Positions 40,012 through 55,954 of a stretch of 64,000 nt of DNA are shown one piece after another. Position numbers and translations under genes: made by a program. Each line of letters begins with the position of its first letter. Position 1 is the first letter of the stretch. Under the pieces are notes generated by a model. It saw nothing but the letters and a program-made list of their open reading frames with translations. It was not told where the DNA came from and did no database searches. This DNA is from Eledone cirrhosa (taxonomy: Eukaryota), in assembly GCA_964016885.1 (NCBI GenBank), contig CAXHJY010001629.1, positions 53,362 to 117,361 of the forward strand, written 5' to 3'.

Positions 40012-40112
40012 TTAGATAATCGATGGGTAGTCCCACAAAACAAAATGTTGTATCAACTTCTAACAGCTCATATCAATGTTGAGTATTGCAGCTCTGTCAA
40101 AGCAATACTATA
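40012..40112 (+). mobile_element. Helitron Rep-domain remnant
   Basis: DNRWVVPQNKML..AHINVEYCSSVKAI matches the Helitron DNRWVVPYN..HINVE.C motif. Confidence 0.75.
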
Positions 40113-40124
40113 TACCTGTTCTAT

Positions 40125-41419
40125 ATACCTGCTCCTTGTGGCTACTGATGCAGATATCATGTCCGCTATCAGGTCCTTCCTAGCTAGCAGCTGCGGAGGT
40201 GTTGATGGTCTCCGACCAGGCCACCTCAAGGAGTTGACATCCCCCCTCTCCGCTGAGGCCGGGCGCCGCCTCTGAGTGCAATTGTGGCGCTCACCAATCG
40301 GCTCATTCATGGTGCATCGACCCTTACGCCCAAGGCCTCTTTTTTTCGGCCAGCCTCACCGCTCTCGGGAAGAAAGAGGGTGGCATACGCCCCATTGCTG
40401 TGGGAAATGTCTTCCGGAGGCTGGCTAATAAGGTGATCTGCAAGTCCGTCACACACGAACTGGGTGAGGAGTTTAGTCCGGTGCAACTGGGTGTCGGCGT
40501 GTCCGGTGGCTGTGAGGGAGCCTCTCATGCAATCAGGCAGTTCTTCAGCAGCTGCCAATCGGTACCGGCATCCAGGGACTCTAGGCACCTCATTGTCAAG
40601 CTTGACATGAGGAATCCTTTAACTCTTTACGCCGGGATCATCTGCCTGAGGCCTGCCTCAGCCGAGCCCCCTCTGCCTACCCGCTGGCCTATCTGTCATA
40701 TGGAGCCCCGAGCATGCTGATACGGTCATACCCTCGGCTACTGGGGGTCCAACAGGGCGACCCTTTGGGACCCCTCCTGTTCGCCCTTGCTATTGACCAC
40801 ATCGCTCGGAGTATCACGGCCCCTCTCAACGTTTGGTATCTGGATGATGCTACGTTGGGCCGGCCCGTACGGACGGTCTGCCAAGACCTTCAATCGGTGA
40901 TTCCTGCCCTGGCGGGAATCGGCCTCCAGGTCAACTCGGCCAAGTCGGAGGTGGTGAACGTCAGCCTCGATGCTGTGAGCTTTGCAGCCTCCATCTTGGA
41001 CGTGCAATCGATTCTCCGCCAGGTTCAGGTGACCCCCAAAGAGGATGTCCTCATCCTCGTGTCACCGATCCACCTGCCGGCAATCCGCTCCACCATCAGG
41101 TCCAGGCTTCAACAGCTCCAGACTCCCACGAGCCGACTGGGCTTGATTGACGGCCACCCAGCTCTCTTTCTGCTGAGGAACTGCTTCGCCATGCCGAAGC
41201 TCCTCTATACACTCCGCAGCGCTCCATGCTACACCCAGACATCTCTCCTCGCTGACCTCGATACTTGTATCCGAGAAGCAGCTGAGGGGATATGCAACGT
41301 GAAGTTTGACGACATAGGGTGGCAACAGGCCACTTTACCGGCCAGGTATGGCGGCCTAGGCCTCCGATCCCCGATCTCACTAGCTTTGCCGGCGTATCTT
41401 TCGTCGGTAACCTCGTGCC
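40125..41419 (+). mobile_element. CRE-clade non-LTR retrotransposon RT fragment (copy 1), frameshifted
   Basis: GGVDGLRP, GGIRPIAVGNVFRRL, QLGVGVSGGCE, KLDMRN, GVQQGDPLGPLLFAL, WYLDD, QATLPARYGGLG; markedly GC-rich. Confidence 0.88.
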
Positions 41420-41631
41420 CCCGGGGTGGCATATGCAACCCGCCTCCCCGTTGAGAACCTTTAGTATAGAACATAACAAAGCAGAGACACAAAATAAGAC
41501 ATCAGTCACTGAAAGGCTCACAGAATGTGAGACGAAAGAGCTGTGACCCCCCCCCCCCCCCCCAGTGACTGATATCCTATTTGGTGTCTCTCCTGTGTTA
41601 TGTTATATACCATGGAAGTTGATTTTGTCGT

Positions 41632-41806
41632 GGAAACCCATGACCTCCAAATATCTGATCCACCGAACCTCAGCCATTTCGGATAACATGAAATTCAACA
41701 TACTGATTGCGGATTTAGTAAGAGTGGTGAGGAACGTGTCCCGCATGTGCAATCCTAAAGAATTAGTGAGACACATACAACACTTCATCCACCGCATGCA
41801 GTTCTC
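41632..41806 (+). mobile_element. PLE RT-thumb fragment (family of 19354-20837)
   Basis: KPMTSKYLIHRTSA..LVRVVRNVSRMC..RMQFS. Confidence 0.8.
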
Positions 41807-41809
41807 TTT

Positions 41810-42070
41810 TACCGTGCTAGCATGGGTTAGACGAATTGTCCTGTTGTGGGCAAAGCCAAGTCAAGTGACCATGTCTTGCTCATATAGAACTGATTTTGGC
41901 TTGATTTCGACAGATGGATGTACTTCCTAACACCAACCTCATTTACAGTGTGGACTGGGTGATTTTTTGTGCTGTGACACCTACACGACCACTTTACAAT
42001 GGGAGGGGGGTGCAGCATACTGTCTATATGCTCCAGCTTCGGCTTGTACCCATGGGAAGTGGGGGTCTTC
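41810..42070 (-). mobile_element. RTE-tail SINE or 3' UTR fragment
   Basis: Inverted homologue of 2760-3010. Confidence 0.65.
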
Positions 42071-42241
42071 TGTATCACCACGTAACGCCAGATGTCTTGG
42101 CCCCGTGTCATCACCTTTCAGAAGTTCAATTGGGCAAGATCGGCTTTTATCACCTCATCCTAGTCTTATTCGGTGTCCCCCACTCCAAGGTTTGCATCGA
42201 CTTTGAGTGCTCTGCACCATTTTATTCAGTTGTCATCCTTC

Positions 42242-42272
<31 letters not shown>

Positions 42273-42433
42273 CGTATAAATTACTTCGAGTATTTGTAGT
42301 TAATTACCGACACTTCAGTATACAGGGTAGAGCACTCGACGAAGTGCACAGGTGGGTCTGTTTACTCCAGACTATATTTATAAACATGAAGTACAAATCA
42401 ACAGGTTAAGATTAACTTCGTTCAATCATAGAC

Positions 42434-42492
42434 GCTGTTATATATATTTCGGTGATAACCATTATGCAACTGCTATTACCTCATCAGACAGC
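42434..42492 (-). ncRNA. Type I hammerhead ribozyme
   Basis: gctgt-CTGATGA-ggtaatagc..gttatcacc-GAAA-tatata-TA-acagc. Confidence 0.85.
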
Positions 42493-42919
42493 TAGAATTT
42501 GAAACAGAAAATAACGGAAAACCGTAAAGATGGAACAAAGTTTACTTCTGTTGTTTTGCTTCATTGATATGCTCCTGACTGAAATTTGATGTTGCTTTCT
42601 CGTAGCATATGATTTAGAATGAAGAAACTTATAGCATCAGTAGAAGTAACACCTTCCTATTGGTCAGATTTAGCCCTAATACAAATTACTAATTGATGCT
42701 GGGCTGAGAGCTCATAAACATAATTGGAATTAACACATATTAGTATAGATTAATACACATTAATACACCACCACCAACACACATGTATAAATATATACAT
42801 AAGATATGTTGAAATATATAGCAAGAAAAATAACTCTTTGTATTAGTTATTATAAGTTATTTCCCTTTGACAATGTTTTTTTTGCGGAATTGCGTCATAA
42901 TGTATACACACACACACAG

Positions 42920-42950
<31 letters not shown>

Positions 42951-42952
42951 CA

Positions 42953-43018
<66 letters not shown>

Positions 43019-43505
43019 TATATATATATGTATGTATATAGTAATATATATGTATAAATAAAGACAGTAAATCTCATGTCTAAAATTACGAGGGTATAAG
43101 ATACCACTAATGTTTTAAAAATGTAATCTTAACCATACAGTATGATATATTAATTTTATACTGACCGTATCAAACACATTTCATCTCTCGGACAGATTTT
43201 AGACTCAATCTGTTTCGCCCTGAAAAAATTGTGTTTGTAACAGATAATCTGTAGGCTATCATCAGCGAGAGATAGATCAAATGAAACAAAGCCCCCCCCC
43301 CCCCCCCCCCCCCTAACAGCAATTTGAGGACCAAAGATATGTCCCTCGTGGTCTGCACGCTATACGTGGTATGAGTAGTTATGCTAGAAATAATAGCCTT
43401 ATCCCACTCAGTTTATAAGCTCACCCATTCAAGGAGCCGAAATACAAATGAAATAGAGTTATTAACTCTAGATAACGTTTATTTATACATCTATATTACT
43501 ATATA

Positions 43506-43744
43506 ATTGTTTCTACTTTAGGCACAAGGCCAGCAATTACCCAGTGCATTACTGGTACTTTATTTTATTGACCCCGTAAGGATGAAAGGCAAAGTCAACC
43601 TCGGCGGGATTTGAACTCAGATCGTAAAGGGACGTAACTATGCTGGAAAGCATGGCGTCCGACCCTCTATATTACTATATAATTGTTTCTACTTTAGGCA
43701 CAAGGCCAGCAATTACCCAGTGCATTACTGGTACTTTATTTTAT
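43506..43744 (-). mobile_element. SINE plus partial tandem copy
   Basis: 43506-43668 and a duplicated tail 43682-43744, with the flank ctatattactatata also repeated. Confidence 0.85.
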
Positions 43745-44494
43745 AATGCTCAGTATTTATACTTTGAGCTTGCTTTAATTGCAGGGTACCTATATGAATT
43801 AATAACTCTATATTTTATTTGTGTTAGTTTGGTGACAACTCGCTATATTATACTAAAAGAAGAGAAATAAATAAAGAAATATATAGAAATATACACTTTT
43901 GTAAATAAGACAATAGAACCGTGTGGAAATGGAAGCACCAATTGAAACATAAGTTTTAAATCTCCGAAGCCGTTTATGAAAGTATTGAAGAAGACAAGAA
44001 AACACACTTCGATCTTCCGACGTGGAAAAAGCTCCTATCAGAAGAAACAGTCACCGAATCATAATTTTTCTTACCTGTTGTACAAACCTGGCTGGACACA
44101 GAACACTGCACAAACATTCTAATAGTTCTATAGAGTTATGAAATAATACATATGAATAAGCCATAGATGACGCACATCATTAAGTAATGTCAGTTTCATG
44201 AGGAGATAAAACGCCTCCATCCTTTTGAAAGAAAAAAAAAAAAAAATGAGTATAAATCCTGGAAAACTGTAAGTCCGGTATTGGAAAAAAAAAAAAAAAA
44301 AAAAAAATCACAAGGGATTGACTCCAAATTCACTATTTTCCTTTTACTTTGCTCCACTTTTCGGGTTGAATCACGCGACGGTTCAGTTGTATTCAAGTGT
44401 TGTGAGCGCGTCCATTGAGAATATCGTCTTTGACAAACTGCTCAGTTGCTCGCATGTGTGCGTGCTGAATTCTTGTTCCCTCCCCCTTCATTCA

Positions 44495-46315
44495 TGATGC
44501 CCTCGACCCTTACGCCCGAGGCCTCTTTTTTTGGCCAGCCTCACGCTCTCAGGAAGAAAGAGGATGGCATACGCCCCATTGCTGTGGGCAATGTCTTCCG
44601 GAGGCTGGCTGCCAAGGTGATCTGCAAGTCCGTCACACACGAACTGGGTGAGGAGTTTAGTCCGGTGCAACTGGGTGTCGGCTAGTCAGGTGGCTGTGAG
44701 GGAACCTCTCATGCAACCAGGCAGTTCTTCAGCAGCTGCCCATCGGTAGCGGCATCCAGGGACTCCAGGCACCACAATGTCAAGCTTGACATGAGGAATG
44801 CCTTTAACTCTTTACGCCGGGATCATCTGCTCGAGGCCTGCCTCGGCCGAGCCCCCTCTGCCTACCCGCTGGCCTACCTGTCATATGGAGCCCCGAGCAT
44901 GCTCCTAGCTACTGATACGGTCATACCCTCGGCTACTGGGATCCAACAGGGCAACCCTTTGGGATCCCTCCTGTTCGCCCTTGGTATTGACCACATCGCC
45001 CGGAGTATCACAGCCCCTCTCAACGTTTGGTATCTGGATGATGCTACGTTGGGCGGGCCCGTACGGACGGTCTGCCAAGACCTTCAATCGGTGATTCTGC
45101 CCTGGCGGGAATCGGCCTCCAGGTTAACTCGGCCAAGTCGGAGGTGGTGAACGTCAGCCTCGATGCTGTGAGCTTTGCAGCCTCCGTCTTGGACGTGCGG
45201 TCAAGTTTGACGACATAGGGTGGCAACAGGCCACTTTACCGGTCAGGTATGGCGGCCTAGGCCTCCGATCCCCGATCTCACTAGCTTTGCCGGCGTATCT
45301 TTCGTCGGTAACCTCGTGCCGCGTCCTCGTCAGCAGGGTTCTTCAAAACACAACAGAACCCTCTGTGTTCAGAGAACGTGAGGTCGCCTGTGAGACGTGG
45401 GACTGTCTGGAACTTGGCCCAGTAGACTTCCCTCCTCCTTCTCCCCCTGTTGACGTCAAGTCCCCCCAACGCAGGATGCCTGCCAGCGCAGCCTGGCCTC
45501 AGACAGGCTCACGCGCCAGCTCAACCAGCACCGCCTTGCTTGTTTTCGTGCGGCCTCCAACACCCCACAGTGGTGCCTGGATCCATACTCTGCCCTCCTT
45601 CTCCACTAGCACGCAGCTAGAGAACCATAGCCTGCGAATCGGCGTTTCCCTGAGGCTCGGCCTCCGGATCTGCAAGCCACACCAATGTCGCTGCGGTTCC
45701 ACCGTGGGCTCTTTCTGCCTCCACCCGCTTTCCTGTCGCCACAGAGCCGGCCGCATTCCACGCCATACTGCTCTCAACGAGGTCATTAAGCATGGCTTGG
45801 ACGCTGCAGGATTCCCTTCCCAGCTCGAGCCGGTGGGGCTGGATCGAGGGGACGGCAAAAGGCCAGATGGCATGACCATCTTCCCGTTCCGCGGTGACAA
45901 CCCCCTCGTCTGGGATGCCACTTGCACCGACACTTTCTGCAACCGCAACCTGGTGCAGTCTGCGACTGACACAGGTTCTGCTGCACGTCGGGCTGAGGGG
46001 GCCAAACTCCCCAAATACCGGTCGCTCTCCGACAGGTTTGCGGCCGTTCCCCTGGCAGTGGAAACTTCTGGTGTCCTCGGCCCCAGGGCTACCTCCTTAC
46101 TCACCACCATAGGCGCTGAGCTGGCCAGCCGTAGGTGTGAGCCCCGCGAGTTGGAGTGTCTTTTCCAGCGCGTCTCCCTTGCCGTCCTCCGGGGAAACGC
46201 CTTCTCCATTCTGTCTGGCGGGGCTGTGGATGGGCCCCATCGCGTACCATTACATTAGTTAAATACCATTCTTTCATCCCAGTAGAGTTAAATAAACATG
46301 TTTGTGGTTCTATAT

Positions 46316-46320
<5 letters not shown>
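44495..46320 (+). mobile_element. CRE-clade retrotransposon (copy 2): RT with internal deletion, CCHC knuckle, RLE, 3' end
   Basis: Highly similar to copy 1 but lacks about 41005-41300. CRCG..HPLSC..RH, KRPDG, WDATC, K..KY, PLAVETSG; ends with aataaa and then (TA)n. Confidence 0.9.
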
Positions 46321-46366
<46 letters not shown>

Positions 46367-46425
46367 ATTTGACAACATAATACATTATAATATAACATAA
46401 TATAATATGACGTAATATAATATAA

Positions 46426-46502
46426 TTGTTTCTACTTCTGGCACAAGGCCAGCAAATACTCAGTACATTACTGGTACTTTCTTTTATCGACCCCGTAAGG
46501 AT
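46426..46502 (-). mobile_element. SINE 3' fragment within (TAATA)n
   Basis: Core and tail only. Confidence 0.8.
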
Positions 46503-46966
46503 ACAATATAATATGACATAACATAATATAGAGAAAATACAGTATGCTACAAACTGGTTTAAACTGGTTTACATGGAGATATGAAGCAACAATACAGCAT
46601 TGTCTCAAGTCAAGCATAAAATTCGGTGGTTTCTTAGAAATGAAGTGTTAAACTAAGTATCATTTTCTATTACGAAAAGTATATTGATGTGGGCGTGGTC
46701 ATCTTTTCAGAGTTGTTTTCATTGGTTTCCGATTTAGAAAGAACCACAATTACGTAGTGCAAGAATTTTAGCCAATAGCTGCAGTGGAGGATTGGAATAC
46801 CTCTATATAGAAGAGAGCAAGCTATCCCAGACAGGATTTGTTATTCCGTTGCTGAACAATGAATAGAAATATGATTTATTCACTTTTTATCGCGTTTTTT
46901 ATGGTTTCAGCAGGTATGAATGATTTTTTTCTTAATGTTAATTTTTGACGTACACACACTGTACAT

Positions 46967-47005
<39 letters not shown>

Positions 47006-47203
47006 AACACACTCACATTTATACATACATTCATACATACACACACACACACACATATATATATATGTATGTGTGTGTGTATGTATGTATGTATGTATAT
47101 AGGTGTACATGTATAGATGCATATATGTATATATGTAGATGTATATATGTATATATATATATATACGTATATATATTTGTACATAGGTATATATATATAT
47201 ATA

Positions 47204-47242
<39 letters not shown>

Positions 47243-47243
<1 letters not shown>

Positions 47244-49090
47244 CTCTACTCTTTTACCTGTTCCAGCCATTCGGCTGAGGCCATGCCGGGGCACCGCCCT
47301 TTTTGCTACACATTTTATCTCCAGCCTGTATTGGTTGGCCACTGGTGTAAGAGGGAGTTTGTTTCCCTCATGCCTTGCTGTGGGCTCATCCGGGATCCTG
47401 GATAGCAAGGTGTCGAGATGTTTCTTGAAGACATCCATCTCCACACCATGCAGATCTCTCAGATCCTTCGGCAGCTTGTTGAAGAGTTGAGGGCCCTTGA
47501 ATCCCAGGCTATTGCAATATCTGCTCCTTATTCTAGATGTGGAAGACGGGACCTTTGGCACCACAAACTGACGTCCTGTTCGACGGTTGGTCCAACTCCC
47601 AATGCCAAAGTTACGTGCTGGTCCCTCCAGGATTTTCCACATGTAGGTCACTGCTTATCTCTCCCGTCTTCGTTCCAAGGAGTAGAGGTTCAGTTCTTTT
47701 AGCCTCTCCCAGTAGCTTGTCTCCTTCATCGTGGCAATCCTCTTGGTGTAGCTTCGCTGGATTGCCTCAAGCTCCGTGTTTAGTTTGACACTATGTGGTC
47801 ACCACAACTGGGAGCAATAGTCCAGGCGGCTTAGGACAAATGTCCTCCATAGTGTCAACATGGTGTCTCGGTCTCTTGTCCGGAAAGTACTCAAGATCCA
47901 GCCAGCGAGTCGTCTGCACATTGTCGCCACTTTCATGATGTGCGAGGAAAAAGATGCATCATCGCTCATGTCTATACCCATGTCTCGTATCTATTGTGAC
48001 ACGAGGATATCGGTCCCTCCTGGTCCTGCGTAACTGTGTTGTACTGTATTTGTGTTTGCAGGTTTGTATTGTAGGGCTTGGAATTTGTCAGCATTAACCG
48101 CATGTTGTTTTCTTCCGCCCATTTGTATATGACATCCAGATCTTGTTGTAAAAGGGCAGCGTCAGTCGGGTTTTTGATTGCCTGTGCTACCTTAGTGTCA
48201 TCAGCATAGCTAGTGAGGGATGTTGTTGTATGTACCACAGATGGCATGTCTGAGAGAGCCACCAAAAACAGTAGTGGTCCCAGGACTGTCCCTTGGGGCA
48301 GCCCACGTGTTATTGATGTTTTGTTTGAGAGGGCCCCGTTTGCTGCGACTGTCTGGCTTCTGTCCTTTAAGAAGTCATGCAGCCACTCACCTACTTTTCC
48401 AGTTATGCCGAGTCCGTGCAGTTTGTGACATATCATTCCGTGGTCGACCTTGTCAAAGGCTTTCGCAAAGTCAAGATACATCACGTCCACATGTGAGCTG
48501 TCTAGTAGTTGTCTCAGTACCCAGTCGTAGTGATGTAGCAGCTGTGTAAGGCAGCTTCTTCCTGGGCGGAAACCATGCTGCGTGCTAGTCAGGCGGTCAT
48601 TTCCCTCGAGGAAAGTGATCAGTTTCTTTCTGACGACTCGCTCTATGACCTTACTGATATGTGACGTCAGGAAGACTGGCCTATAGTTTTTGGCCTCCGC
48701 TCTGCTACCTCTTTTATGGATAGGGCATATTGTGCCTTCTTTCAACTCCCTGGGTATTATACCGCTAGCCAAGGAGCTTCTGAAGAGCATCTTCAGTGGA
48801 GTTGCTAACGCCCGCTTACATGTTTTTAAGAGGACTGCTGGGAATTCATCAGGTCCAGCAGCTGAGTCTGTTCTAATTTCATCCATAGCGTATACCACAT
48901 CCTCCTTCGTTATGTGGTTGATGGTCGCCATTTCTTCATGTAGTGTTGTGGCATCAAAGAACTCCTCTGGTATTGTTATTTGCATGTGCCTCAGTGGACA
49001 TGTGAACACACTTTTGTACTGTTCGTTCAGTATTTCACATATCTCTTGGGGATTCTCGGTTAATGAAACGTCTGTATGGAAGAGTGGCTC
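47243..49090 (-). mobile_element. CR1-group LINE, 5'-truncated, frameshifted RT
   Basis: [63 protein letters not shown]; tail ggtaaaagagtagagt runs into (TA)n. Confidence 0.92.
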
Positions 49091-49330
49091 AATATTAAAA
49101 TAACAGATTGAAGTTTAAGCAAAGAATCGCTGCTTTCACCCTTAACGGGATCTTCTGAAACTAGAAAAATCAATCTGTGAACGCAGAAGTAAATATTTCG
49201 AAAAACCGTTGCAACCGAAGGAAAACAAGAAGACAATACTTTGGTTCGTGAAGACGTTCCCTGGCAACGAACGGAAAAAAGCGAAGATAATACGTCGTTA
49301 TATGTAGCTAGGAGAATAAATACTCGCAAA
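49091..49330 (-). mobile_element. Helitron-family internal fragment
   Basis: 49091-49205 is the reverse complement of about 8510-8625. Confidence 0.6.
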
Positions 49331-49418
49331 GACAAAACATGTTTATGATATAAATGAAGTTGTAGACTAATATTCTATTTAGAAAACCGAATGATTCTCG
49401 GCTTCGGAGTTAAGAATA

Positions 49419-49558
49419 ATTGTTTCTACTTTTGGCACAAGGCCAGCAAATACCCAGTGCATTACTGGTACTTTATTTTATCGACCCCGTAAGGATGAAA
49501 GGCAAAGTTAACCTCGGCGGGATTTGAACTCAGAATGGCAAGGGCCGTAACTCTATGC
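49419..49558 (-). mobile_element. 5'-truncated SINE
   Basis: B box, core and tail present. Confidence 0.88.
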
Positions 49559-49589
49559 GTATAGATATATAGATGTGTATTTGTAAACA

Positions 49590-52370
49590 TGTTCAGGCTG
49601 AGACGATGGGGAGGTCAGGGTTGTCGGGCTTGTGTAATTTGGGGGGGGGGGGGAGTAGAGGTCCGTGGGGTGCAGAGAATAATGTGGGTAGCCGAGCTGG
49701 GTAGAAGAGAGGAAGCTAGCAGCTGGTGTATAGATTTGACCTGTTGCTTGTATTGAGGAATGGGATCAAGGACAAGGAGGCGTTAGAAGAGGGTGTTGCC
49801 GATATGCCTCCGTTTTGTAGAGGTCCACGCGTCACACGACCACAGCGCCACCATTGTCGACCAGCTTAATGATAATGTCATGACGGTCAAGAAAGGAGCG
49901 GAAGGAGGCGAGTTCGTCCTGTGAGATGTATCGTTTGTACCGTTTACAGAAATTGAAACGGTTCACAGCGTGATGGCAGACATCAACGAACGTATTCAAG
50001 ACACTGAATTGTCCGGGAGATGGTGTCCAGTGTGATGATCACCGGACCATCAGGGTGTCTAGGGAGGTTCAGAGCCGGAGGGTTATCTAAATATGCGTGT
50101 GCAATTTGATGTGGTGCAGGAACCGTTCAATGTCCGTGTGGGTCAGAAATTCGTCGCCACAAGTGGAGTGTGGTATGAAAGATAGACCTTTACTGAGGAG
50201 TGAACGCTCAGAATCAGACAGCGGAAGGTCGGAGGGTAGAATGACAAGTTGTGGGTGGGTGGGATTTAGAGGATTAGTGGGAAAAGGGTGAGAAGTGGGT
50301 GGGGGAAACAGTGGAGGAATGGAGATGGAAAAGTGTGAAGGTGAAAGATTTTGAGATGAAAGAATGTGTGTGAGTGCAGGGCGGAGGGAAGGAGAGAGTG
50401 TAGCTTACGGACTTTGGTGGAGGTTAGGAAGGGGAAGAGTTGTTGGTTGAGATTTAATATGAAAAATAAGATGGAAAGTACGAGGAAAGGGTGACAGGTG
50501 AAACAGAGAAGAAGAAAGTTTTGAGGGAGATGTCGGTTAATAATGCGGATCTGGGAGGGATGAAAGGGTGGTGCGTATGAGAAGGCGGCAGGAACGAGTG
50601 AGGATGGGTTCAATAGTAAGGGACGAGTAGTTTGTGGGCTGGAAGTGGAGACGGAAACCTCGTGGGATGAGATGGTGATAAAGGCAGCGGCTGAGGAAGT
50701 TGACATGGCTGGAGTAGCATATCTTAGAAAAGATAAGATATGACAGGTGGAATACAGGTTGGATGTAGAAGGGGGGAAGTGCGGGGCAAGGTAGAGTTTT
50801 AAACAGTTGTACAGGTGGCAGAGGAAATTTCTTTGGCTAGGCATTGTGGGAAAAGAGGATTACCAACAGATGATGGCGGCGGCCATGGGTACAAGTATGT
50901 GCCCCAGCTACGCCAACATATATGTCAGCTATGTTGAGGTTCAAATCTTTTCACATTACTCTGGCCCAACCCCGAGCTGTACGGTCGTTACATTGACAAC
51001 TGTTTTAACGCCACGTATCTCACCCGAGCCCAGCTCGACTCCTTTTTGTCCTTTCTCTGCTCTTTCCAGCTGCCTTCACTCGTGGCTGTGCCGTCGATCA
51101 CACCGCCGCCCTCCTAACAACCGACTGTTCTTCTCCATCACCCACCATCCTTCTACCTTGCCCCTCCAGAAGACGATCCTCTGTCTTTTCCGCCGCCTAA
51201 CGTCTGATTCCTCCACCTCAACCATTTCCCCCTCTCACCCCTCTCTTCATTTAAGCACGCTTGGAACCTCCTCGTCCGCAGCAACTTCACCCCCTATTAC
51301 ATCTCCTGGATTCCACCCATGTTCCCAACCCCGCTGCCATATATGCAGGTTTATATCGAACACCAACACCCTTTTCCATCCTAATGACCGGTCCTTCCAG
51401 GTTAGGGTCTCCTTCAGGTGCACCTCCACCATCCTTGTCTATGGGCTCTGTTGTACTCTGCGCGGAGTTATCTACCTTAGTCAAACTGGCTGTCGTCTGG
51501 CCGAAAGATTTTCTGAACACCTTCGTGACATCCTGGTCAGCAACCCGACTCCGATCTTTTGACATTTTCGATCTACCGGCCAATCCACCCGCCACCTCGG
51601 TGTCTTCGGGCTCGAACATAGACTCGTGCCAGTGTAGAGAACGGCAACTTATTTTCTCCTTACAAATATTTCTTCCGCCTCACCCTAATGCCCCACCCAT
51701 CTTGCTTTAATCTACTCTGCCATATACTCTCTATCACATACTAAACTACTTACTTTATCCTATGACACATACTCGTTAATACATACACTCTTACATACAA
51801 ATCACAGATACTTTACACGTACACATTATAAACTTCAACACACTTTAAACTTTAATCATACACTCACACATACAAATCCACACATCTCACGGACATACGC
51901 TAACACTGCCAGATACTTTACACACACACACACACACAAAATAACTTCAACGCACTTATACAGTACACACATTCAACCTTACATCCACTCACACATACAA
52001 GTCCACTACCACATACGCCATGGATATACACATAACATAGACTTTCATACTTTACACAATATACCTTTTACAAATACACACCTTTAAACAACACTTACAT
52101 TCACACATTATATCGACACTAATACACACACACTTCACTTTACCTTCCAACTCGTTACCAAGACTACCTAACAGTTTGTCTTGGCTTTATTTTTGATGTC
52201 TTCTCTACTTGAACTCCTTTATTTCTGTATCTCCTTTGTGATCTTGTCTCTATTTTGTACTTCTGAAGAAGAGCTAAAGTCCGTCACGTCAAACTTCCTT
52301 TCCTCTTTTTATATAAAGCATGAAACTAATAAGACCTTTTGAACCTCTGTTGCTCCTTGAACTATACACA
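49590..52370 (+). mobile_element. Decayed PLE (Poseidon/Neptune-like) with inverted 5' half
   Basis: Minus 50830 to 49590: LLSKGLSF, IIIKLVDNGGAVVV, PKLHKPDNPDLPIVS. Plus from about 50835: YQQ..AMGT..PSYAN, RYID, C..C..VY..RLAERFSEH. A degenerate HHR (ctgaagaagagct) is at about 52263. Confidence 0.82.
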
Positions 52371-52519
52371 CACACGCGCACACACACATATATATATACA
52401 TATATATATGTGTCCGTGTGTGAGTGTCTATATGTGCATGTATATGTACATACGCATATACATATATATGTATATATGTGTGTGTGTCTATGTAAGTAGG
52501 GATATATATGTATGTAGGG

Positions 52520-55133
<2,614 letters not shown>

Positions 55134-55812
55134 TGTTTGTGTAAATTAACCGGAGATTATCCATTCTATTATATTGTATTATATAGTATATAATTGTATT
55201 GTTTATTATTGATTATATATGCTACTTATAATTATATCATATTATTACCCCATGTATATTGGGTAGATGTATTAGTATTATCATTATTATTATTCTCATT
55301 CCTATCATGCTCATTTTCATATTCAAACTCTTGATAAGGTTAAATTTGTGCAGTTGAAGATAGATGTGTGTATTGTTGTAGGTGTATGTGTGTGTGTGTG
55401 TGCACACATATATACATATGCATAATGTACCTTTTGATTTTCCATTGTAACTTTAATGTTGGTAAAGGTATAATTATATTATATTACATTATATTATATA
55501 TGATTCCTGATCTATATAACCACTTTTGTCTAGCTCTAGGTTTTTTTTGCTTTGGACTATATTTGTAATATGGTTCTTAATGTCACATACATCCTTAGTA
55601 ATTTTCATTATATATTTTTATTATTTTTATTATATATTTTTGCAATACTTTAGTATATGTACACTCCATATTCTTTGGAGCTTCTGGCTTGTATCTGCCG
55701 TTATTACTTCTTGTTGTTTGAATTGCCCTGATGAGTCCTTAATAGGACGAAACATTGTCGGCTAATAAAGACTTTTGATGTATTGAAGGCTTCTTTGTTT
55801 TACTCTCTTAAC
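55134..55812 (+). mobile_element. Solo PLE 3' UTR/pLTR inserted in (TA)n
   Basis: T-rich UTR ending in an HHR and AATAAA; TA arrays on both sides. Confidence 0.65.
55725..55762 (+). ncRNA. Canonical minimal type I hammerhead ribozyme
   Basis: gcc-CTGATGA-gtcct-taat-aggac-GAAA-cattg-TC-ggc (GUC site). Confidence 0.88.
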
Positions 55813-55867
55813 ATATATATATATATATATATGCTTATATATATATATATGCATATATATATATATA

Positions 55868-55948
<81 letters not shown>

Positions 55949-55954
<6 letters not shown>

